DNA from: Candidatus Latescibacterota bacterium | GTDB taxonomy: Bacteria > Latescibacterota > UBA2968 > UBA8231 | Length of the DNA: 64,000 bases | Reading direction: 5' to 3' | NCBI GenBank assembly: GCA_965208105.1 | Contig: OZ242318.1 | Span: 1,440,001 to 1,504,000 of the forward strand | Shown: positions 39,597 to 49,774 of the stretch, piece by piece | How positions within the stretch are numbered: position 1 is the first letter of the stretch | Layout: each line of letters begins with the position of its first letter | Made by a program: the position numbers and the translations under genes | The notes under the pieces: generated by a model | What the model was told of the DNA's origin: nothing | What the model saw: only the letters and a program-made list of their open reading frames with translations | Database searches by the model: none

Positions 39597-40856
39597 ATGG
39601 ACCTCGCTCCTCCCCGGGGCACTCGCGACTTCTTCCCGGCTGACATGCGGTTGCGGAACTGGCTGTTCGGCCACTTCCGCGAGGTATCGCGGCTCTTCGG
39701 CTTCGAGGAGTACGACGCGCCGATCGTCGAGTCGGAGGAGCTCTACACCCGCAAGGAAGGGGAGGAGATCGTCCAGCAGCTCTACAGTTTCTCCGACAAG
39801 GGGAACCGGCGCCTGGCGCTGCGGCCCGAAATGACCCCATCCCTGGCCCGTCTCATCCTCAGCAAGGGCGGCTCGCTTCCCCTGCCGGTCAAGTGGTTCA
39901 GCATTCCTCAATGCTGGCGCTACGAGCGCATGACCCGCGGCCGCCGCCGCGAGCACTTCCAGTGGAACCTGGACGTTTTCGGGGTCCGGGACGTGACCGC
40001 CGAAGCGGAGCTGCTCGCCGCCGTGACCACCTTCTTCAGGCGGGTGGGACTGGGACCCGAGGTTGTCGGCATCAAGGTCTCCAGCCGCAGGATATTGCAG
40101 AGCATGCTCGACCGCATAGGCATTGACGACGACAGGTTTTCCCAGGTCTGCATCCTCGTGGACAAGATGGAAAAGGTGCCCAGGGAGATTGTCGGCGAGG
40201 AGATGAAATCCCTCGACATCCCGGACTCTTCGGTGAATCGCATCTACGACCTCATCTCTCTGGACTCGCTCGATGAGGCGGCAGGCCTGGTGGGCGAGGA
40301 CCACGAAGGAATCCGCGACCTGCGGCGGCTTTTCTCTCTGGCGGCAGGCTACGGCTTCGCGGAATGGCTGACCTTCGACGCCAGCCTGGTCCGCGGTCTG
40401 GCCTACTATACGGGGGTCGTGTTCGAGGCCTTCGCCCGCGGCGCTTCACTGCGCGCCATCTGCGGCGGGGGCCGCTACGACCACATTCTCTCCACTCTTG
40501 GCGGGAAGGACATTCCTGCCTGCGGCCTGGGATTCGGGGACGCTGTCATCGAAGAGCTGCTCAAGGACCACGACCTGCTGCCATCCCTCGAGGGCAAAGT
40601 CGACGACGTGGTCTTCCCCTTCGACTCGACCCTGCGGGAGGCGGCGATGAAGGTCGCGGAAAGGCTGCGCCGGGGCGGGAGGTCGGTGGATTTGATTCTC
40701 GAGGACAAGAAGGTGAAGTGGGCCTTCAGGCACGCCGATCACTCCGGGGCGTCGCGGATGATCCTCCTGGCCCCGAACGAGTGGGCGGCGGACAAGGTCA
40801 GGGTCAAGAATCTCCGGACCGGAGCGGAAAGCGACGTGGCCGTCGCGGATCTCTGA
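39597..40856 (+). CDS. hisS: Histidine--tRNA ligase
   Basis: PRGTRDF, LRPEMT, RGLAYYTG, GGGRYD. Confidence 0.95.
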   Translation: MDLAPPRGTRDFFPADMRLRNWLFGHFREVSRLFGFEEYDAPIVESEELYTRKEGEEIVQQLYSFSDKGNRRLALRPEMTPSLARLILSKGGSLPLPVKWFSIPQCWRYERMTRGRRREHFQWNLDVFGVRDVTAEAELLAAVTTFFRRVGLGPEVVGIKVSSRRILQSMLDRIGIDDDRFSQVCILVDKMEKVPREIVGEEMKSLDIPDSSVNRIYDLISLDSLDEAAGLVGEDHEGIRDLRRLFSLAAGYGFAEWLTFDASLVRGLAYYTGVVFEAFARGASLRAICGGGRYDHILSTLGGKDIPACGLGFGDAVIEELLKDHDLLPSLEGKVDDVVFPFDSTLREAAMKVAERLRRGGRSVDLILEDKKVKWAFRHADHSGASRMILLAPNEWAADKVRVKNLRTGAESDVAVADL

Positions 40857-40892
40857 AGGGAGACCCGGGGCGGCCGCGGTCTCGGTGCGGAC

Positions 40893-41939
40893 CTACGCAC
40901 CCCGGCCGCCAAGCGCCAGGCGCTTCAGGCGATCCGTCTCCGGCATGGCGGCGATGGGGTTTTCGAGCATCCCGATCCCGCCCGAGAAGCGCAGCCGCAA
41001 CAGGTCCCCCGCCATCAGCCCGCCGGCCAGGTCGGCCTCCGAGAAGACGATGGGCGTTCCCCAGTAGAGGGCCAGCAACTGGCCGGCATGCAGCGGCAAC
41101 CGGTCTAACAGGGTGCGCTCCATGTGGAAGAGCCCATCCGGCATGTTGAGGACGTTCTGCCCGGTCTTGCCTTCCTTGAACCCCACCCGCTCTCCACCGC
41201 GGACTATCTCGCACGACACCGTGACCTCGCTGTCGTCGTATTCCGCGGCGGTCACCAGCAGCGGTCCCATGCTGGCGCAGCCGCCGTCCCAGTTCTTGGC
41301 CTGGGGCAGGTTGAGAGGATTGTCCGCCTCCATCCAATTGTCGGACACGTCGTTTCCTCCCGTGTATCCCAGGCGCTCGACCTGCCCGTCTCTGCGAAGA
41401 CCGTAGATTGAAACCAGCTCGGTCTCGGGAACCAGGCGCCGGGTGTCCGAAGGCCGGGTGATGGGCTGGCCGTGGCCCACGACCGCATCGGGGTCGACCT
41501 TGGGAAAAAGCTCCGGCCGTCCTCCCCCCTCGCATTCGCGATATTTCTGATCGTAGACGTTTACCGGTTCTCCCGTTGCCTGCTTGGCCTCGATTTCGCG
41601 CAACCTGGCGCTGTCCTCGTGGGTCACTCCGGCCAGCCAGACGCGCAGATCGTGGGGCCGGTCCGGGGGCCCGCTGACGGGCTTGAGGAGATGAGGGCGG
41701 CCGGGACCGCGGTTGTACAGGAGGTCCTCCAGCTTCAGACGAGAGGCGGCCGCGGACGCTGCCGCGAGCCGCTCCACCGCCGCTTCCAGGCCGATCTCGT
41801 CTCCCCCGTTGCCGTAGTAGATTGCGTGGATGGAATCGGGAGCGGTCCCCGCCCGGCTCAGATCGATCACCTCCTCGCCTTCTACCAGGCCCACGCGCGA
41901 CCCTCCGTTCCGGGAGTCGTAGAATTGCAGCAACTTCAT
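40893..41939 (-). CDS. Fumarylacetoacetate-hydrolase-family protein
   Basis: WLAGVT, RPELFPK, VPETEL, GNDVS, NPLNLPQAK. Confidence 0.75.
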   Translation of the reverse strand: MKLLQFYDSRNGGSRVGLVEGEEVIDLSRAGTAPDSIHAIYYGNGGDEIGLEAAVERLAAASAAASRLKLEDLLYNRGPGRPHLLKPVSGPPDRPHDLRVWLAGVTHEDSARLREIEAKQATGEPVNVYDQKYRECEGGGRPELFPKVDPDAVVGHGQPITRPSDTRRLVPETELVSIYGLRRDGQVERLGYTGGNDVSDNWMEADNPLNLPQAKNWDGGCASMGPLLVTAAEYDDSEVTVSCEIVRGGERVGFKEGKTGQNVLNMPDGLFHMERTLLDRLPLHAGQLLALYWGTPIVFSEADLAGGLMAGDLLRLRFSGGIGMLENPIAAMPETDRLKRLALGGRGA

Positions 41940-41961
41940 TTTAAACTCCGCATCAAGTGGG

Positions 41962-42795
41962 TTAGTGTGGATGAAACAACGGCAGATCCGATGGCGGCGC
42001 GACACCTGCATCCTCTGCCCGGCTCAGCAGGTCCGCAATCGCAGCTTCCCCGTCGCCGCCGTAGTCCAGGGTGTGCTCGTTGACGTAGAGACCGATGTGG
42101 GCCTCCATCACCTCCGCATCCATCTCCGGCGCGCGCTCCCGGATAAAAGCGCGCACCTCGTCCGGATGGGCATGGGCGTACTCCACGCTCAGGCGCACCG
42201 CATCGTCCATGCGCCGGACCAACCGCTCCCCCAGATCGCGCCGGGCGAGAATCCCTCCAAGGGGAATGGCTTTCCCCGTGGTCTTCTCCCACCACTCACC
42301 CAGATCGACCACCCTGTGCAGGCCATAGGCAGGGTAGGTAAAGCGATTCTCGTGGATGATGACCCCCGCGTCCAGCGCCCCGGCCTGTATCTCGGGCATT
42401 ATCCGGTGAAAAGGACGTACTGCCAGGTCCCTGAGAGCAGGGTTGAACAGGCGCAGCAGCAGGGCGGCGGTGGTGAGCTTGCCGGGAACGGCGATCCTCC
42501 TGCCCTCGAGATCTGCCGGCTCCAGGGGCTCGGAGGACACCACCAGGGGCCCGCAGCCTCTGCCGAGGGCGCCGCCGGCGCGCAGCAGGCAGTAGTGGGG
42601 GCGCAGGTGGGCGAGTGCGTGGAAAGAACCCCTGGTCACGTCGATGCTCCGCTCCACGGCCAGCCGGTTGAGGGTCTCGAGGTCCTCCAGCACCTGGCGG
42701 AACGGGAGCGTTCTCCCGGTCCTTCCGTGCACCAAACCGAAAAAAATGAAGGTATCGTTGGGAGCGGTGGAATATCCCAGTGAAACGGTTCTCAT
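41962..42795 (-). CDS. mqnD: 1,4-dihydroxy-6-naphthoate synthase
   Basis: GYSTAPNDTFIF, GALGRGCGP, IIHENRFTY, HIGLYVN. Confidence 0.92.
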   Translation of the reverse strand: MRTVSLGYSTAPNDTFIFFGLVHGRTGRTLPFRQVLEDLETLNRLAVERSIDVTRGSFHALAHLRPHYCLLRAGGALGRGCGPLVVSSEPLEPADLEGRRIAVPGKLTTAALLLRLFNPALRDLAVRPFHRIMPEIQAGALDAGVIIHENRFTYPAYGLHRVVDLGEWWEKTTGKAIPLGGILARRDLGERLVRRMDDAVRLSVEYAHAHPDEVRAFIRERAPEMDAEVMEAHIGLYVNEHTLDYGGDGEAAIADLLSRAEDAGVAPPSDLPLFHPH

Positions 42796-42875
42796 TCGGT
42801 CCCGAGCCTGATCGGTTCGCCTCCGATCCGGGGCGGTTGCGTCCATGCCGGCGGGAGTGGCGTCCCTCTTCCCTT

Positions 42876-43676
42876 CTACCTGGACCCTGGGCGCGGCCCC
42901 CGGGGTCGATGGAATTCCCGGCTGCGGTCACCGGCAGCCTGGTCGATCCCCCCTTCCAACAGGAGCCGGAGGGCGGCCTCCTGGGCCCGGGCGCAGGCCA
43001 GGGGAAGATTCCACGTCTCCAGGCGGCGGTCCTCGACCTGGTTGCTGATGCTGCGCAACTCCAGGAAGGGAATGCCGTAGAGGAGGCACACGTGGGCCGC
43101 GGCGGCCCCTTCCATGTTCTCGCAGACGGCGTTGAAGCGCTCTCCCCGCTCCCGCCCCAGCTCAGCCAGGCCGCTGCACTCCTGCACGGTTACGAAGCGC
43201 CCCACGCGCAGGGCCGGAGCGGGCCTGTTCCAGCCCCTTGAAAGCAGCTCCCGCGCCCGTTCCATCAGCTTGGGGTCCACGGGAAAGGAATTGAAATACG
43301 CCCGGCTCCGCTTTACCACGGGAATACCGATGGTCTCGGCCGAGTTCCACCCGTCCCCGGTCCGCACTCCCAGGTCGCCGTAAACCTCCCCGCTGGCCAG
43401 CACCAGGTCGCCCAGGGCCAATCCCGCCCCTGGATAGGCTCCGCCCACACCCACCTGAAGCACCGCGTCCGGGCGCCATGCCTGCAGAACGCAGGTCAGC
43501 GCGTGAGCCGTGTTGACCGCCCCGATTCCCGTCTCCACCAGGCGCAGCTCCGATCCACCCAGCTTCCCACAGAGCCACTTCTTCCCCGCAACCACCTGGG
43601 AAATCGCCTTTTCCATTCGCCGGGCAAGCTCGCCCTGCTCCGACCCGGTGGCCGTCAATATGAGAACTCCGCCCAT
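42876..43676 (-). CDS. mqnB: Futalosine hydrolase
   Basis: TGIGAVN, GVGGAY, ENMEGAA, ELRSISNQVEDR; adjacent to mqnD. Confidence 0.88.
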   Translation of the reverse strand: MGGVLILTATGSEQGELARRMEKAISQVVAGKKWLCGKLGGSELRLVETGIGAVNTAHALTCVLQAWRPDAVLQVGVGGAYPGAGLALGDLVLASGEVYGDLGVRTGDGWNSAETIGIPVVKRSRAYFNSFPVDPKLMERARELLSRGWNRPAPALRVGRFVTVQECSGLAELGRERGERFNAVCENMEGAAAAHVCLLYGIPFLELRSISNQVEDRRLETWNLPLACARAQEAALRLLLEGGIDQAAGDRSREFHRPRGPRPGSR

Positions 43677-43931
43677 GGAGGGAACCTGTCTGCCTGGACG
43701 CCCGTCCGGAACCCCCATCGCAGGGGATTGCCCGGCTCCGCATGGCAGGGGCGTCGCACAGAGGATATAACAGGGTTTTATCTTTTGCTGTCAAGATTCC
43801 AGCGCCGGCAGACCCCCTGTTCTCCGGGCATGGCGGCGGTCCATTCCCCTCCCCGTCAGTCTTGTGCCGCCCTGCCCATCGTCGTATCTTCAGGCCCCAA
43901 AAACCCGTTCCACCCTCCCAGGAGAAGAACC

Positions 43932-45035
43932 ATGCCCAGCCTTTTCGGAAGAAATTACACCCGGCAGCAACTCGTCCATCTCACCGGAGACATGAGCCAG
44001 CTGGCAGGCGCCCGCCGCGCCGAGCTGGTGGAAGGCAACGAACGCGGCGCCGACCTGGTGGAGGTATTCAATGCATCGGGCCTGGGCTTCTCCCTGCTCC
44101 CCGGACGCTGCCTCGACATCGCCTCCGCGCACTACAAGGGCATGTCCCTGTGCTTCCGCGGCAATACGGGTGACGTGGGTCCGGCCTTCTACGAACCCCA
44201 GGGCTTCGGCTGGATGCGGGGGTTTTTCGGCGGCCTGGTCACCACCTGCGGCCTCACCTTCGTGGGTCATCCGGAAACGGACCCGCAGGAGGAGAACGAG
44301 GAGCTGGGCCTGCACGGAAGGGTCTCCTTCATTCCGGCGAAGAACGTCAGTGCCGCGGCAGGTTGGGAGGGCGAGGACTACGTTGTCCGGGTCAGCGGCA
44401 AGATGCGCGAGGCGGTGGTCTTCGGCACCGACCTCGAGCTGACCCGGGAAATCTCCACCGTCCTGGGCGAGAAATGCCTGCGCATCCACGACCGGGTGGA
44501 GAACCTCTCTGTCGACCCCTCGCCTCTCATGCTGGTCTACCACACCAACCCCGGCTTTCCCTTGCTGGATGCCGGAGCCCGGCTGGTGCTCCACACCAGG
44601 AAGAGCATCGACTTCACCGACGGCCGCGAGGTCTCCCCCGGGGAGTATACCGCGGCCTCCGGGCCGCGCAAGCAGGCTAGCGACGAGGTCTACGTCCACC
44701 GCCCCCGCGCCGACCGCCAGGGAAATGTCCACGTGGGTCTGATCAATGACCGCCTCGGGCTGGGCATCTACTGGAAGTTCCTGCGCCGGGAGATCCCCTT
44801 CGTCAACCAGTGGCAGCACTACCACCAGGGCACCTACGTGGCCGGGATCGAACCCGGAAACTGCAGCGTGCAGGGCCGCCAGTGGAACCGCCGGCACCGG
44901 AGCCTGCAGTACATCGAGCCGGGCGAGGTGCGGGAGTTTCACATGGAGATCGGGGTTCTCGAAGGAGACCGCGAGATCCGCGCCTTCGAGCGCATGGTGA
45001 AGCAAGGCGTCAGAGCAACGAGCAAGAAGCGCTGA
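43932..45035 (+). CDS. DUF4432 / aldose-1-epimerase-like protein
   Basis: RCLDI, GGLVTTCGL, GLHGR, YHTNPGFPLL, GIEPGN. Confidence 0.8.
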   Translation: MPSLFGRNYTRQQLVHLTGDMSQLAGARRAELVEGNERGADLVEVFNASGLGFSLLPGRCLDIASAHYKGMSLCFRGNTGDVGPAFYEPQGFGWMRGFFGGLVTTCGLTFVGHPETDPQEENEELGLHGRVSFIPAKNVSAAAGWEGEDYVVRVSGKMREAVVFGTDLELTREISTVLGEKCLRIHDRVENLSVDPSPLMLVYHTNPGFPLLDAGARLVLHTRKSIDFTDGREVSPGEYTAASGPRKQASDEVYVHRPRADRQGNVHVGLINDRLGLGIYWKFLRREIPFVNQWQHYHQGTYVAGIEPGNCSVQGRQWNRRHRSLQYIEPGEVREFHMEIGVLEGDREIRAFERMVKQGVRATSKKR

Positions 45036-45098
45036 GAGCCTCGCGCCCGGCGTGGCCCGGGACTGGGAGGGGCAAGGCTGAGAGCCTGGTTCCGGCCC

Positions 45099-46256
45099 CT
45101 ATCCTTTTCCTTCGAGTATCTCTTCGTAACAGGCTATGAGGCGAGCGGCAGTGCGTCCTTCGGTGTAGTTCCCGAAGACCCGGCGTCTGCCTGCCTCACC
45201 CAGGCGCCGCCGTTTTTCCGGGTCGCGCAGCAGGGAGCGCACCGCTCCGGCGAAGGCGTCCACGTCCTTCAGGGCGAACAGCAGGCCGGTCTCCCCGTCG
45301 ACGATCACCTCGCGGCAGCCGCGGATATCGCTGGCCGCGATGGGCACACCCATGGCCGCGGCCTCGAGCAGGGCACGGGGAATCCCCTCGCGGTAGGAAG
45401 GCAGGACCGCCAGGTCCATGCTCAGATAGAGCTCGGGCATGTCGCTGCGCTGTTCCAGGACGATGCAGCGGTCGGCGATGCCGTGACGGCGGATCAACTC
45501 GCCGGGATCGACGGCGTCCCACTGATCATCAGCCTCGGAGATGCCCACCACCAGGAAGCGCGCCTGGCTGAACTCGCGGGCGATGCGGCCCGCCATCGCG
45601 AAGAACTCCTCGAATCCTTTCTCGCGCACCAGGCGGCCGACCATCCCCACGACCAGGTGACCCGGTTCCAGGCCCAGCTCGCGGCGCTTGTCCTCGCGCC
45701 CGCGCGGATGCAGGCCGCGGTCGAAGCGGCGCTCGTCGATGCCGTTGCCAATCAGGTGCAGGCGCCCGGGGGCCTTGAAGCGGTGCGCCCGGGCGTAGGC
45801 GAAGTCCTCGGCGCTCTGAAAGAACAGGTGATCGCACCAGCGCGCCGTCCAGCGCTCGGCACCGTGGGCGAGCAGGTTGTGCGCCCCCCTGCTGTTCTCG
45901 TTGAACAGGAAGCCGTGGACCGTGTGCACCACTGCAGCCGCCCGCGCCATCTTTCCCACCGCCGGACCCAGCAGTCCTCCCTTGGGATTGTGGGAGTGCA
46001 CGATATCGAAGCCCTCGCGGCGCAGCGTCCGGAAGAGGGCGGCGGCGCAGCGCAGGTCCGTCAAAGGAGCGATTTCGCGCGCGAAGGGGATGTGCAGAAT
46101 CTCCAGGCCGGCTTCCCTGAGGCGGTCGCCGTAGCCCTTCTCCCCGCAGATCACTCCGACCTCGAAGCCCGCCTCACGCAGCCGCGTCAGCCGGGAGCGG
46201 AGCATGAGAAAGGCGATGCGGTCCGTCGGTACGATATGGCCGATCCGCGCCCTCAT
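45099..46256 (-). CDS. Glycosyltransferase family 4
   Basis: HSHNPK, GRLVREKG, LPSYREGIPRALLEA. Confidence 0.9.
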   Translation of the reverse strand: MRARIGHIVPTDRIAFLMLRSRLTRLREAGFEVGVICGEKGYGDRLREAGLEILHIPFAREIAPLTDLRCAAALFRTLRREGFDIVHSHNPKGGLLGPAVGKMARAAAVVHTVHGFLFNENSRGAHNLLAHGAERWTARWCDHLFFQSAEDFAYARAHRFKAPGRLHLIGNGIDERRFDRGLHPRGREDKRRELGLEPGHLVVGMVGRLVREKGFEEFFAMAGRIAREFSQARFLVVGISEADDQWDAVDPGELIRRHGIADRCIVLEQRSDMPELYLSMDLAVLPSYREGIPRALLEAAAMGVPIAASDIRGCREVIVDGETGLLFALKDVDAFAGAVRSLLRDPEKRRRLGEAGRRRVFGNYTEGRTAARLIACYEEILEGKG

Positions 46257-46309
46257 CTCTTCAAACGCCCGCCACTTTGCGCACCCTGTCCGGCGCCGCG
46301 GCCTCCCGC

Positions 46310-47275
46310 TCACACCGCCACATTGTTCCTCTCCCTTCCCTCCAGAAAGGCGATCACGTTGTCCACCGCCCCCTCGTTGAGCAACTCCATTCCCTCGGGG
46401 GTCATATCGGCGGCGTGCGGGGTCAGCACCACCTGCTCGCAGCTCAAAATTGGATGGTCGTCCGCGAAGGGCTCCACCGGGAACACGTCCAGCGCCGCTC
46501 CGCCCAGGCGGCCCCCGCGCAGCGCCTCGGCCAGGGCGTCGAGATCCACGATCTCCCCCCGGGCGCCGTTGAGGAGCAGGGCGCCCTCCTTCATGAGCTC
46601 CAGCTCCCTGGGGCCGATCAGCTCGCGCGTCTCCGCGCTCAGGCGCAGGTGCAGGCTGACCACGTCGGCGCGGCGCAAAAGCTCATCCAGCTCGACGAAG
46701 CGCAGCCCCAGCTCCGCTGCCCTCTGCGGAGAGGGATGGAAGGTCCAGGCAATCACCTCCATGTCCAGCGCCCGTCCCAGGCGCGCCATCTCCGCCCCGG
46801 TGTGCCCCGTGCCCAGGATCCCCAGCACCTTGCCCTGCAGACCCAGGTTCGTCCTCCGGGTCCAGCGCCCGGCGCGTATCTCAGCGGTCTGGAACGCGGC
46901 GCGCTTGGCCAGGGCGAACATCATGCCGAACATGTGCTCGGCCACCACCGGGGCGGTGCGTCCGGGCTGGTTGGAGACGACGATGCCCAGCTCCCGGGCG
47001 GTCTCCAGGTCGATCATGTCGGTGCCGATGGAGCAGGTGGCGATCATGCGCAGGGCGGGCAGGGCGCGCAACTCCTTCTCTCTCCAATCCACCAGGCCGC
47101 GAGAGTTGATGATGATCTCGAATCCACCGGCGCGCTCGATCTTCTCGGCGCTGTCCCGGGGCCTGTTGCCGTGGAGGGTCACCTCGCCGTAGGGCCGCAG
47201 GCGCTCGAGGTGGGGCGAACCGGCGATCTGACGCGGATCGTCACCGGGGACCAGAATCTTCACAGGTGCGGGCAT
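46310..47275 (-). CDS. D-isomer-specific 2-hydroxyacid dehydrogenase
   Basis: GILGTGHTG, NGARGEIVD, LDVFPVEP, TPHAA. Confidence 0.9.
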   Translation of the reverse strand: MPAPVKILVPGDDPRQIAGSPHLERLRPYGEVTLHGNRPRDSAEKIERAGGFEIIINSRGLVDWREKELRALPALRMIATCSIGTDMIDLETARELGIVVSNQPGRTAPVVAEHMFGMMFALAKRAAFQTAEIRAGRWTRRTNLGLQGKVLGILGTGHTGAEMARLGRALDMEVIAWTFHPSPQRAAELGLRFVELDELLRRADVVSLHLRLSAETRELIGPRELELMKEGALLLNGARGEIVDLDALAEALRGGRLGGAALDVFPVEPFADDHPILSCEQVVLTPHAADMTPEGMELLNEGAVDNVIAFLEGRERNNVAV

Positions 47276-47341
47276 TGGTGGCCTCCTTCCTTGCCGTCCA
47301 TCTGGTGTCCGTGGCTGCAGGGGAACGCCCCGGGAATCCCC

Positions 47342-48538
47342 TCATCGGTGCAGCCCGCCCTGGTGCAGGTCCATGGCCAGGCTGCGGAAATCGCGGATGC
47401 GGTGGACCGTGCAAAGATCGGCGTCGTGCTGGTTTTCGGCGTCGCGGCTGGTGCGGGACAGGAGTATGATGTCGTCGCCGGCGATCACCGGGCTGGGATA
47501 CATGAAGCTGCGCTTCACGTGGCCGGGCCAGCGCGCCACGCAGCCGGCGGGGAACCAGTTGAGGCAATCGATGCTATAGTAGAGAAACAGCCAGCGGCGC
47601 TCGTTGCCCGGCCCTCCCATGAAACCCGACTCGCGCATGCGGTGGCCCCACCCCAGCGCGTCGTGGGAATTGGTCGCCAGGTTCCCCAGCATCCAGTAGG
47701 TGGCGTTGGGCCGGTCGTGAAGGACGAAGAACTTGCACTGGCCCCCGGGCCAGGAGACGAACTGCCTGAACTCGAGCCGGTCGGCGTCCGCGTCGTAGTC
47801 GAGGAGGGCGGCGATATTGGTGCTGGAGTAATCGTCGATGGTGCAGCGGGTGAAGACGCGGATGCGCCCGTTCACCTCCACCGTATTGGGCTCCACCCAG
47901 CCGAACACGCAGGGCGGGTCGCGGGAAATCTGCGGGCTGCCCCCGGGAGGGAAGTGGCCGCCGTTGAGGGAGCCGGGAAGCCCGGGCCGCGGCACCGTGT
48001 TGGAGCAGCTCCAGGAGCCGGGATCGAGGGGCGAGCGGCTGCGGTCGTGCTTCACCATGACCATGCAGTTCCGGCTTCGGTCGTCCAGCTCCTCCTCGGT
48101 GGCGTAGTCCATGGCCCAGTACAGGGCCTCGGGCCGTTCGACCATTGGCGTGGAGATGTTCCAGAACGGACCTTCCAGGACGCGCAGCGGTTCACTCCAG
48201 CTGCGCCCGCCGTCGTCACTGGCGACGAGATTGAAATCCTGGTTGGTGGTGTACTGGACGAACATCAGGAGCCGGCCGTCGAGCACGAAGGGAGTGGCCT
48301 CCTCGTAGGGCAGAGCCGGCAGCTCCTCCCAGCTGCGGCCTTCGTCGGCGCTGAGCAGCATGCGCAGGCTGCGCTCGATCTCGGGCCGGCCGCGGCCCCA
48401 CTGGGGGGCGGCGATGAGCAGGCGCCCGTCGTCCAGCCGGGTCATGTTGGGGTCGTGGAAGAAGTACACCCCGGGATCGGGGACCCTGGCGGCGACGACG
48501 TGCTCCTGGGCGAGAGGTTCCACGTTGGGGTTGGTCAT
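47342..48538 (-). CDS. Sialidase/BNR-repeat beta-propeller protein
   Basis: Asp-boxes SADEGRSW, SDDGGRSW, SIDCLNW; FMYP. Confidence 0.75.
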   Translation of the reverse strand: MTNPNVEPLAQEHVVAARVPDPGVYFFHDPNMTRLDDGRLLIAAPQWGRGRPEIERSLRMLLSADEGRSWEELPALPYEEATPFVLDGRLLMFVQYTTNQDFNLVASDDGGRSWSEPLRVLEGPFWNISTPMVERPEALYWAMDYATEEELDDRSRNCMVMVKHDRSRSPLDPGSWSCSNTVPRPGLPGSLNGGHFPPGGSPQISRDPPCVFGWVEPNTVEVNGRIRVFTRCTIDDYSSTNIAALLDYDADADRLEFRQFVSWPGGQCKFFVLHDRPNATYWMLGNLATNSHDALGWGHRMRESGFMGGPGNERRWLFLYYSIDCLNWFPAGCVARWPGHVKRSFMYPSPVIAGDDIILLSRTSRDAENQHDADLCTVHRIRDFRSLAMDLHQGGLHR

Positions 48539-48747
48539 CTTTCTACTCCTTGATGGGACGGTGAGGTTTCCTGGTGCCGGTCGTCAGGGTGCCCACAGGG
48601 GCTTACCAGCCCGGTGACCTTCATTTATATTCAATTCCTGCCTGCCTGCCAATACCCGGAGGTCCTGGATGCGCCATGGAAGAAAGGCCAGCGGCGCCTT
48701 CGGGAAGGTCCTGAAGCTGTCCTCGAAAACAACCCAGGAGAGCACCC

Positions 48748-49632
48748 ATGCCCCTCACCGAACAGCAGATCCGGCATTTCGAAGAGGAAGGCTACCTCGT
48801 CCTTCCCGGCCTCCTTCCCCTTGAGGCGAGCGCCCCCCTGAGACAGGAGCTCGCCGACATCGTCGAGTTCGAGGCGCGGCGCTTCCACGCCGCCGGAAAG
48901 GTCCCGGATACCTTCGACGCGGCTCCCTTCGACAAACGGCTGGTCAAGCTCTGCGAGGCCGCCGACGACCCCCTGGAATTGAAGGAGGCGGTCACCGGGG
49001 GCAAACGCATGAAGACCGATTCGGTGTTCAAGCTCTGGACCCATCCCGTTCTGCTGGACGTGGTGGAGCAGCTCATCGGCCCGGAGATCCTCGCCCACCC
49101 CCAGTTCGCCCTGCGCTCGAAGATGGCCTTCCAGGCGCGTTTTCCCACTATCGCCGACGACATCTTCCACCAGGACGGCGGTTTCCTCCTGGAAGAATCC
49201 GAGCACACCCGCATGGTCAACTGCTGGATGCCCCTGGTGGACGTGACCGCGGACATGGGCGCCATCCAGTTCGTCCGCGGCAGCCACAAGTGGGGGATCC
49301 TGAACCGGGCGCGGGAACCGACTATCGGCGAGGAGCACTACAGCCCCGAGGACGTGGTGACATGTCCCATCGGCCTGGGCGGCGCCCTGCTGTATCACCA
49401 GGAGACCGCTCACCGCAGCGTGACCAACACCACCGACAAGGCGCGCTGGAGTGTCGACCTCCGCTTCAGCGACCTGACCGCCCCCTCGGGCCGGGACGCC
49501 CGCGGCTTCGTGGCCCGCAGCAGGTCCAACCCGGAGCAGGTGGCCACCCACTACTACCGCGACTGGGCCCGCTTCTTCGACAACGAGGAGACCGACGAAC
49601 GGCACCGGCCGCGGCCGCCGGTAAAGCTCTGA
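48748..49632 (+). CDS. PhyH-family Fe(II)/2OG dioxygenase
   Basis: FEEEGYLV, FHQDG, VRGSH, HRSVTN, RWSVDLRF. Confidence 0.9.
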   Translation: MPLTEQQIRHFEEEGYLVLPGLLPLEASAPLRQELADIVEFEARRFHAAGKVPDTFDAAPFDKRLVKLCEAADDPLELKEAVTGGKRMKTDSVFKLWTHPVLLDVVEQLIGPEILAHPQFALRSKMAFQARFPTIADDIFHQDGGFLLEESEHTRMVNCWMPLVDVTADMGAIQFVRGSHKWGILNRAREPTIGEEHYSPEDVVTCPIGLGGALLYHQETAHRSVTNTTDKARWSVDLRFSDLTAPSGRDARGFVARSRSNPEQVATHYYRDWARFFDNEETDERHRPRPPVKL

Positions 49633-49774
49633 GGCACTTCATCCGACCGCGCCGCATCCAGGAAGCTTCGCGCCTTTGCGAGGCCGCCGGGTGCCGCCTC
49701 GGCGCCTGCGACCCGCCCGGGCCGGGCCAACCCCTTCGAGTCTCCGGCGGCCGGACCAGGGGGCATCCACCGCC